DNA from: an uncultured Spirochaetota bacterium
Lineage (GTDB): Bacteria; Spirochaetota; UBA4802; UBA5550
NCBI GenBank assembly: GCA_963827275.1
Contig: CAWHAA010000003.1
Span: 1-49,460, forward strand
Reading direction: 5' to 3'
DNA: 49,460 nt
Shown: positions 48,762 to 49,460 of the stretch, one piece after another
Layout: each line of letters opens with the position of its first letter
Position numbering within the stretch: the first letter of the stretch is position 1
Notes under the pieces: generated by a model
What the model saw: only the letters and a program-made list of their open reading frames with translations
What the model was told of the DNA's origin: nothing
Database searches by the model: none
Program-made: the position numbers and the translations under genes

Positions 48762-49460
48762 ATGGTCGGATCGAATCTTATAACTTCATTTTTATCAAGG
48801 TATGCCCAGGGATCGAAAAGCCTGATATCCAAGGCGCGTCTTCTTCTCATTATTAATATCATCATTTTTTTCGTGGTGCTCCTCATCCTCGCCCTTTCTA
48901 TCTTTGTCCGTCGTGACCAGAGCACGTCTCTGCCTATGGTGGTGAGTATGGGGTCCGGAGTCTTCCTGAGCCTGATACTTCTGAAAAGGGGATTATATAA
49001 TGCATCGGCGAACATCAATTCCCTGGCGGCGGCCATTACCCTGATGATGGGAACGGGCATCCAGTTCATGGCCAATCCCGCTGTCGGCTATTCTTCGCTG
49101 GTCCATATGGTGCCAGCCGCAATAATTTTTTCGTCAATGTTCTGCAGCCGCCTCTGGACCACGGTGCTCGCCGGCATGTTCGTGATAGCTGACGTCGGAT
49201 TCTTTCTTTATGCCGGCTCGGCCGGTGCGGCCGATCCCTTTGTGCTCAAAACAGGTTTTATCGACAGCGCCGCGGGGATACTCCTCACCTACGGTATGGC
49301 CATGGTGATACTCAGGACGAACCAGAATTCGCTTGAAGACGAAAAGGCCAGGGCGGCGAAGATACAGGAACAGTACGCCAGCATCGTCGGCCTGATGGAA
49401 TCCATCAGGGAATCGTCGACAGTGCTTTCGGAATCCTCCGCCAGCATGGAGAATACCTCC
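48762..49460 (+). CDS. Probable methyl-accepting chemotaxis protein, N-terminal part (runs off the window)
   Basis: Open frame from ATG 48762 with about 6 TM helices, then coiled coil 'IRESSTVLSESSASMENTS'; the signalling core is not in the window. Confidence 0.65.
   Translation, partial: MVGSNLITSFLSRYAQGSKSLISKARLLLIINIIIFFVVLLILALSIFVRRDQSTSLPMVVSMGSGVFLSLILLKRGLYNASANINSLAAAITLMMGTGIQFMANPAVGYSSLVHMVPAAIIFSSMFCSRLWTTVLAGMFVIADVGFFLYAGSAGAADPFVLKTGFIDSAAGILLTYGMAMVILRTNQNSLEDEKARAAKIQEQYASIVGLMESIRESSTVLSESSASMENTS

Noticed and set aside
48734..49075. 113-aa minus-strand ORF
   Set aside because: Antisense to the multi-TM MCP-like frame on the plus strand, which the ORF track omitted because it has no stop in the window.
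1..49460. CRISPR array, tRNA/rRNA genes, transposases, integrases, phage genes
   Set aside because: No regularly spaced repeat-spacer pattern, cloverleaf or recognisable catalytic motifs seen by eye.

Overview
A 49.5-kb GC-rich bacterial window with no rRNA, tRNA, CRISPR array, integrase or transposase that I can see. The gene content (FecR/LipL45-like protein, SBBP beta-propeller lipoprotein, FadL-like and other beta-barrels, CCG Fe-S proteins) fits an anaerobic diderm, plausibly Spirochaetota (inference). Recognisable loci: uppP, arfB, htpX, pcnB, a TPP-riboswitch-led thiM-thiE-thiC-thiL operon, a more AT-rich pstS-pstC-pstA-pstB-pstB-phoU operon facing an orphan pstB 3' remnant, two TetR-led redox clusters, two FtsX/LolE-type permeases and a partial MCP. 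Many genes between about 18.7 and 42.4 kb carry small indels, probably consensus errors. Most notable: (1) a 172-bp direct repeat of the 3' end of a COG3014-type lipoprotein gene brackets an 8.1-kb TetR/Fe-S/2xFAD-oxidoreductase/lipocalin-like/FadL cassette with no recombinase; (2) a structured candidate ncRNA at about 7910-8090 with its own promoter; (3) a protein with a Janus/Ocnus (PHPT1)-like C-terminal domain; (4) an exported protein with eight 17-aa W/F-x3-H/Y-P repeats; (5) a PstB pair whose degenerate motifs all map to one composite ATPase site. All family assignments come from reading motifs by eye, not from database searches.
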